From positions 473,954-537,953 of the forward strand of contig CAJFCJ010000013.1 in the NCBI GenBank assembly GCA_904063045.1: a stretch of 64,000 bases of DNA, given 5' to 3'. The stretch comes from Dimorphilus gyrociliatus. Lineage: Eukaryota; Animalia; Annelida. Position numbers and translations under genes: made by a program. Positions 1 through 12,300 of this stretch are shown in pieces; positions within the stretch are counted from its first letter, which is position 1, and every line of letters begins with the position of its first letter. Under the pieces are notes generated by a model. The model ran no database searches. It saw nothing but the letters and a program-made list of their open reading frames with translations, and was not told the origin of the DNA.

Positions 1-80
1 CAAATTATACGTCTTACTTCTTTATTTCATTATTAATAACGCTGTTTATTTAGACTTATTCTCTTTTCTTTTTAAATTAG

Positions 81-1440
81 CCTTACAGAGTGGGCACTTA
101 TTATTTAGCGCCCGGTCCCACCTCACTTGGCCAGGTAGAGAAATAATTGGTGATCAGGTACCCGAGGAGTTACTTTCGCATGGATTACAGGTATTATTTA
201 TTTGTAGTTACTATTTAGACGATTGTAAATTGTTCTATACTACTTTACACGGGTGTACACTTGTACCTGATTTTTCCCTTTTCCCCGTCATTTAAATATC
301 CCTGTAAACATGGTACAGATATAATTATGCATAGGAATCTAGTTAATATTCTACCTATAGAGAGGAGAGAAAGAAAAAAAGAGTGGAAAAGAAAGATTGA
401 GATAGATAAATAGATAGATAGATAGATAGATAGATGGATTGATTAATATTAGATAGATATATAGCATAGATAGAATGGTAAGTATAAAGAGAGAGAGAGA
501 GAGAGAGAAAGAGAGGCAAAAGAAGTAGAAAAAATAGCATCTGTATAAGTAATTAAGTAATGGAGATTAGTTTAAGCCAAAAAAAATGAATGTATATATT
601 TTTTTCAGGGAGAAAATCCCATATGAAAAGTGATATATAGAGTATTTCGTAAAAATAAATGTATAAATTAATACCTTCTATCAAAAATTCATGTATTATT
701 TGAAAGGTTTGTCTTTTAATATCCCACAGATTGATCCTGAAGTCTATGAAAAAGCAGTTGGGACTCTTATGTCTAGTTTAAAAATTAAGTGCCATTTATG
801 CTTTTTCTCAACACCAGCTGCGGCAATATTCTTTATTGTCTGGTTCATATTCTGCCTCACACTAATACCTTTCATAGAAATTAAAGTGATTCTCTACGGA
901 CAGACTAGTAGCGGCCTTGAATACGTACACGGTGCTCTTGTTTGGCTTTGTACACTCACATTATATTTGTTCGTAAGTCACCTCGTCAAAAGACAGGTAA
1001 GATTAACCATTTAGAAAGCTTCCCTTACCAAAATAAGTTCCTTTCTTTACATTCATATATACAATATTCACTGTATATGCAAACATAAATAGACTATATA
1101 TAGTAAATAAAGCATGCAACTTTTCTCTCCCTCTCTGTTATGATTCTTTCTCGAGGTTTCTTTTTTCTTCTTCTTCTTCTTTTGATAGAGTACTCTAAAG
1201 CACTTTACTATTTGTCCTTATACACATTTAATTTATATCCAATACTAACAGATATATACAATATATATATATATATAAAGCACTTGTAGAAATGTTTGTA
1301 TATTTGTTTTATCTTTTCAGCTTCGAAAACAATTAAAAAAGACCATTTCAAGCGTCAATTCAATATTTATCAAACAGAATGTACTTTTGGGTAGTGAGGA
1401 GTTAGGCCTAATAGACTGCAACAAGTATTACGTATCCTTT

Positions 1441-1476
<36 letters not shown>

Positions 1477-3655
1477 TACTAGTAATAATCCCTTATAATG
1501 TTTTTTTACTATCTATAATCTTTTATCTCCGTAACTGCAATTAAAACGGGTAGAGGAGTGAGAGCAGGGTATCTTGATTATAAATTATTAGCTTTACCGT
1601 AGTCTATAATTCTTTGCAGGGCATTATTTTTCGTTTGTTCATCAAGTCTTTTATTAATTAATTCCATTTGCCACGCTTCTGCCCTCATATTACGGCCGAC
1701 TGATGAACATGTAATAGAACTTTTTCTACTATTATCTTCTTCTGGTTTGGTAGCAATTTTTACTGTCTTTTCAATACGAATTGGTGGTTCTTGATCTATT
1801 TTATAGTGTACATCATTTGCATCATCTACGTAATTTTCATGTTCTATTGAGGGTCTTTTATGCAATCTCTCCCTTTTTACTTCTTCTTTTTCTTCTGGGG
1901 ACAAAATATAGTCATTATCACCATCTGTTCTGGACGCAAAGTCCTCATCTCCATCGTCGAATGTTGCTATTTTAACTCTAGTTCGAGAGGGACTAGGCTT
2001 AAAGATATCGTTTTTACCAGGTTGAACCATTCTAGGTACATAGTCAAATACATCAACCTATAGAGTATAAAAAATTAAGTATATTTGCTCGAGAATATTA
2101 AATAGAATACTAACATCGTTCATTTCATCCATCATTCGCTTTTCATATATATCGGGATACAATTTCTTTAGACAATTTTTTCTCAGTCTATTAATAGGTT
2201 GTACTCTTAATGATCGGCTCGGTAGCTTTAATTGGTCACTTTTTTGCTTTTCAATAGTCCATTTAAACATGAGAACTGCATTGGAAAAAAAATCATGTAA
2301 CTGTCCATAAAGTTATTTGTCGATACCATTAGCGGCCATTTTGTTACTATGACAATAGTACAAACAATTAAGCCTAGTTTCGATTTGGGATCTATTTTTT
2401 TTTGGGGGAATATAGAGTAGACGGAATATATAATATATTTCCTAATTATGAAATTCTCTTACCTTTCCTTATCCCATATTTCCATTCCTGCTACTTTCCT
2501 TTTCACTTATCCTGAATACTTTTCAACGCTTAATATCTCTCATAAAAAGAGAATCATACTCATTAGGATTATTTTTCGTTCATTAGAATACAAAAAAGAG
2601 AAAATATTCCTTTTTTCTTGTTAATTAAAATCAAATTTATTCATTCATTCATTCACTACCTACTGACGAATATATAGGGTATTCACTCATTCATTCATTT
2701 ATCCATCCATTTATCCATCCATCCATCCATATATCTATTTGTCTGTCTATCTATCTATCCATACATACATACATACATTCGCACATTCATTACCTGTACC
2801 ATTGTTATATCCTTTTCATAGCTCTTTTTCTTTTCTATACGTTACAAACACTAACAAACCATGTAAACAGGCACAAAAACGAAATACTCTCATATTTTTC
2901 ATTATCATTATTTTTTTCCCTTATATTTTTATCCTCTAATCATTTACTTTTTGCAACGACACTCAGGTTCATAATAAATTTCTTCAGGGTTATTCCAACT
3001 TCTTTTACCGGGACCATTCCAATCAGCTGCCTGTTTCAGGGCTTAAATAGAACAGCTTTATTAAAGCTTAATTATTATTTTTCTCTTTTTTTTTACATAG
3101 AAATAGACTTTATCATTTTTTTAAAATTATAAATTCTTTTCATTCGAGAATAGGCCTACCGAATAATTTAGCTCCAACGCTTGAGGGAGAGCGTAGCCTA
3201 GCATGAATAAGAAAAATTGAATAAATATGTATTATGCAAAAATTTTTCTATTAATAAATGATAATAAGATATTTATTATTAGTTATTTGACAAACTCACT
3301 TCATGTAATGCATTTCGATTTCTTTGACGATATCCTTCAGAATTGTATTAGTTCCATCCTTTTTTAAACTTTCCACCCTTGATTAGGAAAAGATGCCATA
3401 TATGGATAAAAGACATTTACATAATTGAAAATGCACTTTGGTCAAATTTTTTCGTTTTTTTGTATTAAAATTTTTTTTTTTTTGATTTAGGTTTCGTTGG
3501 CGGCTTTCATCTTTCTTTCTCAAATGTAACGAAATAGGGACACTATAAGAGCTTAGAATAATCTTGGAGCTTTATTAATAAAACTTACTTTTTATAATTA
3601 AACGAAAAATGGAATTAATATATTTGAAAGGTATAAAAAATTTCATTTATTCATT

Positions 3656-3695
<40 letters not shown>

Positions 3696-4406
3696 GAGGA
3701 GAGAGGGGGAAGGGAGAAAAAATAAAACAGAGAAAAATAAATGAGATATCCTTTAGAACTTACATTGTACTTGGTCTTATTAAAATTACTAGCCAACAGC
3801 CATATAGATAAATAAGTAATCTTCCATTCATTCTTGAACGAATTAACAGGATCGTTTGACTCTTATCAGTCTAGTGTCTCAACTTTAAAGAAAACCAAAT
3901 CGGGCTGATTTATTATAATAATTTGATGCTAATTGAAAGCCTCTTCTCATTAGCAAATTTTTTTGTTAAATGACAAAAAAATTCTGTCTTTTTCTTTTGT
4001 TTTCCTTAATATCTAATTTAAATAGTTACACTTTTTCTACTACGAAATTGGACCTTGTCTGGTAAGCAATTCTCTTTTCTTGTCAGTTTCTTACTTAAAA
4101 AAAGTTTTTTTTAAGGCTTACTATCAAGAAATACTGTCTAAAAAGCATAACTCTTTCGCCAACCCAACTTTTAACGCGGAAGAAGATCTATCTGCTTCAT
4201 CCTCAATGACAACCTGTCTGTCGGATATTGTTATCAAAGAAGATCTGTCCGAAGAAACGGAAGACAAACTACTATCTTATAGCGCCGAGTACACGAGTCT
4301 ACTGATAAATAGGAACTTTTCATTTGATCACTCAAATTTACATTGTATAGGATTTCCGTGCCTTTGTCAGTTCGCGCAGCATAAAAACAATATTCGATCT
4401 AAATAG
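81..4406 (+). CDS. TMEM268: TMEM268-like membrane protein, 5'-partial; exons ~81-190, 730-997, 1321-1431, 4026-4061, 4116-4406
   Basis: GT-AG exons splice in frame: LQSGHLLF..ELLSHGLQ|IDPEVYEK..two hydrophobic helices..|LRKQLKKTISSVNSIFIKQNVLLG|LHFFYYEIGPCL|..LLSYSAEYTSLL..FPCLCQF. These track recalled human TMEM268 blocks (LHNGQVL, RHRVLLG, LWFVYFDLENC, IPCPCQL). Confidence 0.8.
361..530. repeat. Compound microsatellite (GA)n/(GATA)n in TMEM268 intron
   Basis: Runs of gatagatagata and gagagagaga are directly visible. Confidence 0.9.
1578..2339 (-). CDS. Uncharacterised ~217-aa hydrophilic protein nested antisense in TMEM268 intron 3; exons 2339-2327, 2275-2115, 2057-1578
   Basis: The ATG sits in a caaaATGGcc context, the introns are ~50-57 nt GT-AG with matching phases, and they join ORFs 2058..2270 and 1578..2030 (MAANVLMFKWTIEK..DEMND|VDVFDYVPRMVQPGK..YGKANNL). 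Confidence 0.7.
2640..2780. repeat. Compound tetranucleotide microsatellite (TCAT/TCCA/TCTA/CATA)
   Basis: Tandem tetramers are directly visible. Confidence 0.85.
2944..3831 (-). CDS. DH31: DH31 (calcitonin-family diuretic hormone 31) neuropeptide precursor nested antisense in TMEM268 intron 3; exons 3831-3764, ~3551-3421, 3377-3300, 3197-3160, 3041-2944
   Basis: Exon 1 encodes a signal peptide MNGRLLIYLYGCWLVILIRPST followed by a GTAAGT donor. Exons 3-5 splice in phase to VESLKKDGTNTILKDIVKEIEMHYMK|LRSPSSVGAKLF|ALKQAADWNGP-GKR-SWNNPEEIYYEPECRCKK*. The amidated C-terminus matches the annelid DH31 ending SVGSKLRALKQAADWNGPamide as I recall it. Exon 2 needs a 1-nt correction in an A-run. Confidence 0.85.
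3660..3715. repeat. (GA)n microsatellite in DH31 intron 1
   Basis: About 16 GA units followed by a purine tract. Confidence 0.9.
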
Positions 4407-4532
4407 GAACTTCTTGGAATCTGTATTTCCCATTTATTTAAAGGTAAAATAAAATTCAATTTTTAGTTAAAAAGTATATCAAAGCACATTTTGTTTTAAT
4501 GTCGGGAAATTCAGAAAAAATCTCTCTTCCTT

Positions 4533-5880
4533 TTAAAATAGATAAACGATCAAGAGGAAGGCGGAAATGAAACCGAAGAAAACGTTTACTTTATTTACGG
4601 CTGCAGAATTTACTGCAAAAAAAAAAAGAAAATCATTATACCTAATACATTATTAATTGTATGTAAATAATATACAGAATATATACAAATTAATTGCTAC
4701 CTACCAATAAATTCAATTTTAAAATTAGCTTCTTTCTCCTCATTGTTCTCTAGAACAACCTTTATAGTCATCTTAATCTCACCCTCTAAATCTGCTTCAT
4801 CAGAAAAGCTAATATCACCAGTATAATTACGCGTGCCACTATTATCTTCGATTTTTAAACCAACTCCGTAATTGGTGTTGCCGCAAGTAACGCTATTCTT
4901 ATCGTTTCCCCATATCAAGGCCGTTTCATTGCAATCGATATCTGCAGTTGTGCGGATACTGCACGGTAACGTCACATGTCCTGGCTTAAACGCTTTAATC
5001 GAATAATTTTTACAACTCAAATGAATTTGGGAAGTGATGCCTGCAACATCAGTATTCTGTTCCTCCGAAGGCTCCGTTGTGGCCACAGTTTCTGTTACTT
5101 TTGTTGATTCGATAGCTTTTTCCGTACTTGGAGTTAAGTTACCCTGTTTAGGCTCGACGGTTGATATTTTGCTATCAAGATTCGATTGTGTAGATGATGA
5201 CTCAACTCCAACAGATGAAGTGGTCAAATTTTCTGAAATATCGAATGTTTTTACAGTGACAGTATCCTCCGCAGTGTTGTTGGTTGTGCTGGTAGTGACA
5301 GTATTATCTGCAATAGTATTGGTTGTATTGACAGCGGTCTCATTGATAGAAGTTTTAGAATCTGCCACTGTTGGAGCTTGATTCGTTGTTCTATCATTCG
5401 CTGTTGAATCTTGTAACTTGGAAGTTGTTGTTTGCTTATTATCTTCTTCGGTAGAAGTGGAAATTTTCTTGGAAGTTTGCAAACTAGCTGTACCAGTCGT
5501 TTGCGCTGTTGGTTCTTTTGTGCTCTTATCAGTCTCTGAAGTAGTTGAAGGTGACTTCGTTGTTGAGAGACCTTCTGAAGTAACAGCCGTATTTCCTCCA
5601 ACGGTAGTAGTAGCTTCGGCTGCATCTCCTACAATATTTTAGAATATAGCAATTTATTACAACATATGAAAAATAGAAAAGTCGTTTTCATACCTTTCAC
5701 ATCATCATTGTTTAATTTTGCAGCTGTAGATGTAATTGTAGTTTCTTGACCTGTAAAAAAGACAAGATTGATAGTCACTTCTATAATCATTTTCGCTCTT
5801 AAAAACAATTTACCTGTGACGAATAGCACAGTCATATGACAGAGAACTGCTACAAGAAAACATCTCTTCGACATCATCAT
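4533..5880 (-). CDS. Secreted, predicted GPI-anchored mucin-like protein (~375 aa) with a Cys-containing Ig-like domain; exons 5880-5814, 5750-5694, 5628-4705, 4612-4533
   Basis: Signal peptide MMMSKRCFLVAVLCHMTVLFVTG, ~200-aa Thr/Ser-rich region, 4-Cys beta domain (VTLPCSI..LIWG) and terminal exon VNSAAVNKVNVFFGFISAFLLIVYLF* typical of a GPI signal. All three introns are phase 1 GT-AG. Confidence 0.75.
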
Positions 5881-6481
5881 TGTTAAAGCTTAAGAATTTA
5901 CCGCTTCCTCTGAAACAACACGATGTTCCGAAAAAACGTTTGCAACTGTTTAAATCTATGCTTAACCACCTATAAGAAGACTTTTTATGGAAGCAACTAC
6001 TCAATTTGAGTAAATACTATTCAAAGTTTTCCACGTCGGCAAGTGCAACTCAGTATATGCCTACGTTTTCCCTACAAAAATATCCAACTTGTTTGTGCAT
6101 TTAATATTATGTAGAAAACTCTTATTTATCCTTAAAAGAAACAATATACTATATATATACACAGTATATATATTGTATAGAAGAAATACTAGGAGGAAAA
6201 TAAACGGTCTTGGGTCAAGGGTACCATACTATATATTTATATATCCGAATGTAATATTTATTCAAAAATTGACAATGTTTAATTTTTAAAACATCAAACA
6301 TTATTTTCTAAAAAGCTTTTTATCTTTAATAAGTAAAAAAAAAAAACAAAAAAGAATACTCAAAATTTTAATCAATCAAAGGCAAGACAGTTAGGTGATA
6401 AATTAGCAATAATCATAAGTACTGTCGCTGTTTTGTCTTCAGCTTCAGTTCAAAGTTCTTGGAGAGAACTATGTTTTTCAA

Positions 6482-8316
6482 TTAGGATTTCATTCCGAGG
6501 AACTGTTAGAAGAAGAAAAAAAAAGACGGAATTGTCAAAAGTATAGATTCTTATGTTAGTTAGGAAATGAAAATTAAGAAATTCGTTTAAGTTGACTGAG
6601 GGTTTTAATGTTAGCGTTTATTGGAAATGAACTTTAGTATGTAATTTAGGGGTGGAATTTGCCATCCAACCTTTAATATAAACCCAATAATGACGCTGAA
6701 GAGCATAATCGGTAAGAATAAACCAAATTGACGTCTTGAAGGTCCTTTAGCCATAAGTCTCTCCAAAAATTTCAGCTTCTTATCAGTGTAAGGAGGGTAT
6801 CGGATATCATTCAATTTTTCCATTCCTGAGCAATTCATATGATACAGCGTTAAAAGAAAATAAGTATTCTCTAGAGATTTAATTACCTTGCTTCTTTTCC
6901 AGCACTCCCTTTCTATGGCAGAATGTTTCTAGTGTAAACTTTCCGTGGTAGGCACCACATCCACTTTCTCCAACTCCTCCAAATGGGAGTCCACTTATAC
7001 CTTTTTGGAAAAAGAGATAAAAGATGAAAAGTTTATAAAATTATATATTTAGAAATGCTTACCAGCTTGCATAATAGTATCATTAACGCAAGTTGATCCG
7101 CTGGATGTTTGATTCAAGAATTTTTCTTTGATTGAGCTCTTCTTAGTGAAGACGTACAATGCTAAGGGTTTTTCTCTGCTATTGATAAAGTCTATAGCTG
7201 CATCTTCATCCTTTACAGTTAAAATTGGCAAGACAGGCCCGAAAATTTCTTCTTGCATACACAACATATCGGCAGTTGCATTTTGAATGATTGTTGGGGC
7301 TATGAAACGGCTTTCGACATCAGTTTTACCACCAACGACTATTTTGTCACTGGGAGCGTCGTCAATTAGTCTTTTAATTCTGTCAAAGTTGCGCTTGTTA
7401 ACAATTCGACCGAAGGATTCGCAATGTTGAGGGTCATCTCCGAAAAAGGCGACTAAAGCCTTTTTCAGTTGCCTCACAAGTTCGGGTTGAATTTCTGATG
7501 GGCAAAGAATATAATCGGGAGCGATACAGGTCTGGCCGGTATTGCAGAAGCGACCCCATACAATACGCCTAGCTGAGATATTTAGATCGGATGATGGACA
7601 GACATAGCATGGCGACTTTCCCCCAAGCTCCAAGATTACTGGAGTTAGGTGCTTAGCTGCCGCTGTTGCAACAATTCGCCCAACGGATGTGCTTCCAGTG
7701 TAGAAAATCATATCAAATCTCTCGGAGAGAAGAGCTGTCGTTTCGGTAACGCCTCCTTGCACAATTTGAAAAGTATCATTATCTAAATACTTCCTGCAGA
7801 GTTTCTCAACAACAAAGGCAGTTGCGGGCGAAACTTCAGAGGGTTTCAAGACAACGCAATTTCCTGCAGCAATAGCTCCAACTGCTGGCATAAGAGCTAA
7901 CTGGAAGGGATAGTTCCAAGCTCCCATGATTAGGACGACGCCGAGAGGATCTCTTTGAATGTAAACATTGTCCATAATGAGTTCAATACTTTTAGAAATT
8001 TTTTCCCTCTCCAGCCACTTGTCTAGATTATTAAGATGTTGAATTGCATCATTTCTCACTTGAATAACTTCCATTAAAATGGTTTCTGATTTCGGTTTAC
8101 TTAAATCTTCTTTCATTGCAGCAACTATTTCATCTCTATTTTCATCAACCATCTTAACTATTCCTTCCAATTGACTTCGTCTCCATGATAACGATCGTGT
8201 CTTACCGGTGCCGAATGTTCGACGCAGGTCAGTTATAAGCTAAAAAGTTCAAAAACTATTGCATAAACAGAATTCGCAAATGTGAAATAGCGTTCTACCT
8301 GCTGATAATTGTCCAT
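6482..8316 (-). CDS. ALDH3A2: Fatty aldehyde dehydrogenase (ALDH3 family, C-terminal membrane anchor); exons 8316-8299, 8239-7063, 7000-6887, 6825-~6672, 6502-6482
   Basis: Motifs [24 protein letters not shown] (catalytic Glu), GQTCIAPDY (catalytic Cys), [16 protein letters not shown] and RYPPY, plus a hydrophobic C-terminal tail. Confidence 0.92.
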
Positions 8317-9375
8317 ATTATTTCGATCTTAAATGACTCTTATGATTGGAAGTTTCTAAATTAGCAGTCTTAATTGCTTAACTGATGGTATTATCTTGCC
8401 AATATCCTGTACTATGACCAGTTTCTGGCTACTGCTTATGACCATGAACTTTATTGTCGTATCAATATCTTTTTCCATTAAAATATATTTAATATGAAAT
8501 TTCTTATTTTTGTGCAGGTAGAGGGTAAAACCGAAGATTTTTCTAAATACGAAAATACTTCAGAAAATCCGGCCGATAAAAGGGAGTTTTACACTGTGTT
8601 CTTTAAGATAAAAAATACTCAATCAATAATGATTTAACACATTCAAAAGAAGGCCTATCTGCAAGTACGTATCATTCATATTCCGATAAAAGGACTGATT
8701 GCAAACGTTATCAAACATATTTTCAACATAAATACCACGTAAGTTAACTTGTTCTTTTGAGAAAAAAATTTTTTTGCCGAATTATTGTTATAAAATTTAA
8801 TCTATAGAGTAATTGCAGTTTGATTTATTACGAAGTAATACGCTTTAAAATTCATCTGCTACCTCCGACTTATCGCAAATTATCTTATTAAGTTATTGAA
8901 GTCATCTTGATAAACTTCTGGTACAGTTTTAAATTGTAAGGTTAAGTGTCTAAGAAACTTTTTTAGCTATTTATTTCGAAAAATTTTACTCGTAATGTTG
9001 AAAAATAAATATTAACTTATCAATTTCTTTTTTTTTTAATTGAAATTCTTTTTTTAAAAAAAATTTATCACTATTCAAATGTTGGCAACATTTTATTGAT
9101 TGAAGAAACCCACTTAAAACGATAAAATTTTTAGGCCAATCAATCTACTCTATTTGAACTACGTCTGCCAAACAAATAAATGATCTATAGCTTATGAACA
9201 GATGTTCGTTTTTCACAACTAAAATAAAAAATCAATTCTGACTATTTTGCATATTGTTATAATATCGATTCAAGCCAGTTTTCCATCATTTCGCTAACAG
9301 TGATGAAAATTTACAGCAGGTTCATAACAACGATGAAAGAGATTAAGTAAGCTTACTATAGGAGAAAATAGTGGC

Positions 9376-12300
9376 ATGGATTATCAAGACGACAGTGATT
9401 TAGAGGGCAGTAGCCCCAGTGCTGAGGATATGAAACAAATGATGATTGAAAAAGCTCACGAACTATTCAGTATCTGTGATGTTGAAGAAAAAGGTTTTAT
9501 TACCAAACGAGATATGCAACGTTTGCAGAAAGAACTTCCGCTAAATCCCGAACAATTGGAGGCTGTTTTCGACTCTTTGGATGATGACAAAAACAACTTT
9601 CTAACTTTAGAGGAATTTACGGAGGGTTTCGGTACGTACAATTTTTTTATTTTTAATCTATTTAGATATTTCGCCAAGATAAGCCTAAAGGATTTACCTA
9701 ATTTGTAAATACATTACATTTGAAATTATCCTCTACTATAAAAAAAAATGATGAAGCTTCTTCTTTAAACTACTCTTTATCTATTCTTGTTAATCTATTG
9801 ATAAAGATTTCTAATAAGTTGAATAAGGAAATGATAAAAGCTAATAATTGTTACTGTTTATAGGTCTTTTGTTTTAAAAAATGCGGGATAATTGAATTTT
9901 ACTTATGAATTTTTTTTTGATTTATATTTATGGTGTTTTTTTGTTTTTGTTTCTCTACAGGAAGTTTTTTGGGAATGCCAATGAATAATGAAAAGAAGAA
10001 TTTATCACGTTCTGGGACTGTTACTGAAGCTATGCCGGAGAAGGTTTATGAAGATGAAACTGACAATCTCAACGATGAGGAACAATTTTCAGACTTATTG
10101 CAAAATATGGGTGCAAATTGTGTTGTGGAAGAGTTAGTATCAAAAGATATAAATAAATTAGAAAAGGATACGATTATCTAATAGTATTTAGCACAATTAA
10201 TTCTTATATTATTTATTATTTTTAGTTTCGATACTGTTAGAAATTTATGGATGAACTTGAAAAAGGAAGCTCCAGAATTGTGCGTTAATTTTGAAGATTT
10301 TCTTTATAGAATGTCTAATCAAATGAAACAGAAAGTTAATGATTATCAAAATTTGGAGAATATTCTCCGAACGTAAGTATAATAATAATAATCATAACAA
10401 AAACAAAGACCCTCATCCCACGATTTTATTATTCGCATAAATTCTCAATATCTATATATTTTGATGTGTTTTTCTTTAAATAAAAAAGTAAATCTACTGC
10501 ACATGACGAAGAGGTAAGGCGATTATACGAAGAGATGGAAAATCAGATTAAAACTGAAAGAGAAAGGATTTTAAAAGAGGTACATCGGATATTAAATAAT
10601 GAATCTCTATCTGCCATATACTTATTACATAAAATGTTGTATTTATATAATGTACTATAATATAATACAACAGTATTTCTATTAATTTTTCTAAGTTGTC
10701 TTTCCTTACGTGTTTTTATTGAAACTTCAGGAAAAACTAAAAGAAAAGCAGGTTAGAGATGAAATGGAAAATGAAATTTTGGAAAAAGATCGTCAGTTAC
10801 AAGATCTATTGCTCAAGCACTCAGAGGTACAGCAAAATTTTCAATTTTTTTTAAAACACCAACAATAAATGTTATCTTTTTAAAAATTTCGCTCTTTTTT
10901 AAATCTCCAGATGCAAGATCGTTTGCAGGTGCTAAATAACGAAGACCTTGAAACGAAACAAGAAAATGAAAAGTTACTACAGGTGATAATAGTTGGAATG
11001 ATTTTTAAGATTATTTCTTCCTCCGCTTTAAATGAAAATTTAACCGCTCAACAATTCGTTTTTGTTTTGTTTTGTTAGGAGAAAGAAGAGCTGGAAGAAA
11101 AGCTTATTATCTCGGACGAGCAACTAGAAGAAAGCCGTTCCTACATAAATCAATTGCGATCGCAGCAACGAAAAGAAAAACAAGAAAGAGCAATGTAAGT
11201 TTTAGGACGGTGGGAAACGTCCACTCAAAATGTTCAAAAATTGGCCATAGATAATGTTATCGGAATTGAAGCTCAAACATAAACTTAATTAGTGTGAGCA
11301 AAAACAAAACAGTTTGGTCATTAAAATAGCCAAGTCATTATGATAGTTTTGTCGTAAAAACTAAACACGAAGAGAAGTTAAGAACATTCCCATTCGCATC
11401 CATATGTGTTTGCTTCAAGAGAGGAGTCGCTTTCCACTCGTAGATTCCATTCAGCTACCCTGTACAAATCAAGAACAACGTATTTTCTAATATTGTCTTG
11501 GGTGATAAATTCTTCCGGATTCCTGGAGATGATGTCCAAACTTGGAAAGTCTTCGATGAATACCTGAGCGCTATCGATCCATTTCCATCTGTAAAGGAAA
11601 TTAACATAATAAAAAAGGTGAAGCAGCAACTAATGGAGTTAAAAAAAAAAGTGAATAACTTACGCGTGTCCTTCGGTAATCATACCAATTAAAATTGATA
11701 TGTGATCTGCATTAGTTGGCCATTTCCCTAGGGAAGTTATTTCTAGTCGTAGTTCTTTTACAAAGATGGAAAGTTCTTTTTCGTTGTTGAACTTTATCAA
11801 ACGACCATTTGTTCCATTAGTTTTACATTGTGCAGTAGCATATTTTCTTGATATGGTTTGTTTCATGTTTCGGTCCAGGTTAACTCTTTGACACCATATT
11901 CTATTCGTATTTTCATCTACTCTTCTATACAGCAATTGATTTTCACCATAAACTATTTCAAAAAAAACAATGGCTACGAGAGCCAAAAGCACATAAAAAC
12001 GCATTTTTTTCGATGCAGCTATCTTAGTTGACGAAAGACTGAACTTCTCGTCGCCTTTTTATACTTTTTGAAATTCATCAGTTTGAAAAATGAGTTCTAC
12101 TCAAAAAAAACTTGTTTATGAGTAGATAGATTCGGTAAAAAATCTGTTTTAATTACTGGACAAAAACAAATTTTTAACGCGAATTCTATATATATATATA
12201 TATATATGTATATTTATTATTTAAACTATTATTTAATACTTATTATAATGATATTTTTCCATTTTTTATAAGGGCTGCATTACAAATTAGTGAGGGAATA

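Noticed and set aside
355-540. 61-aa hydrophobic ORF resembling a signal peptide
   Set aside because: Translation of a GA/GATA microsatellite.
5034-5642. Plus-strand and shifted-frame ORFs over the mucin exon
   Set aside because: Shadows of Thr/Ser-rich coding sequence.
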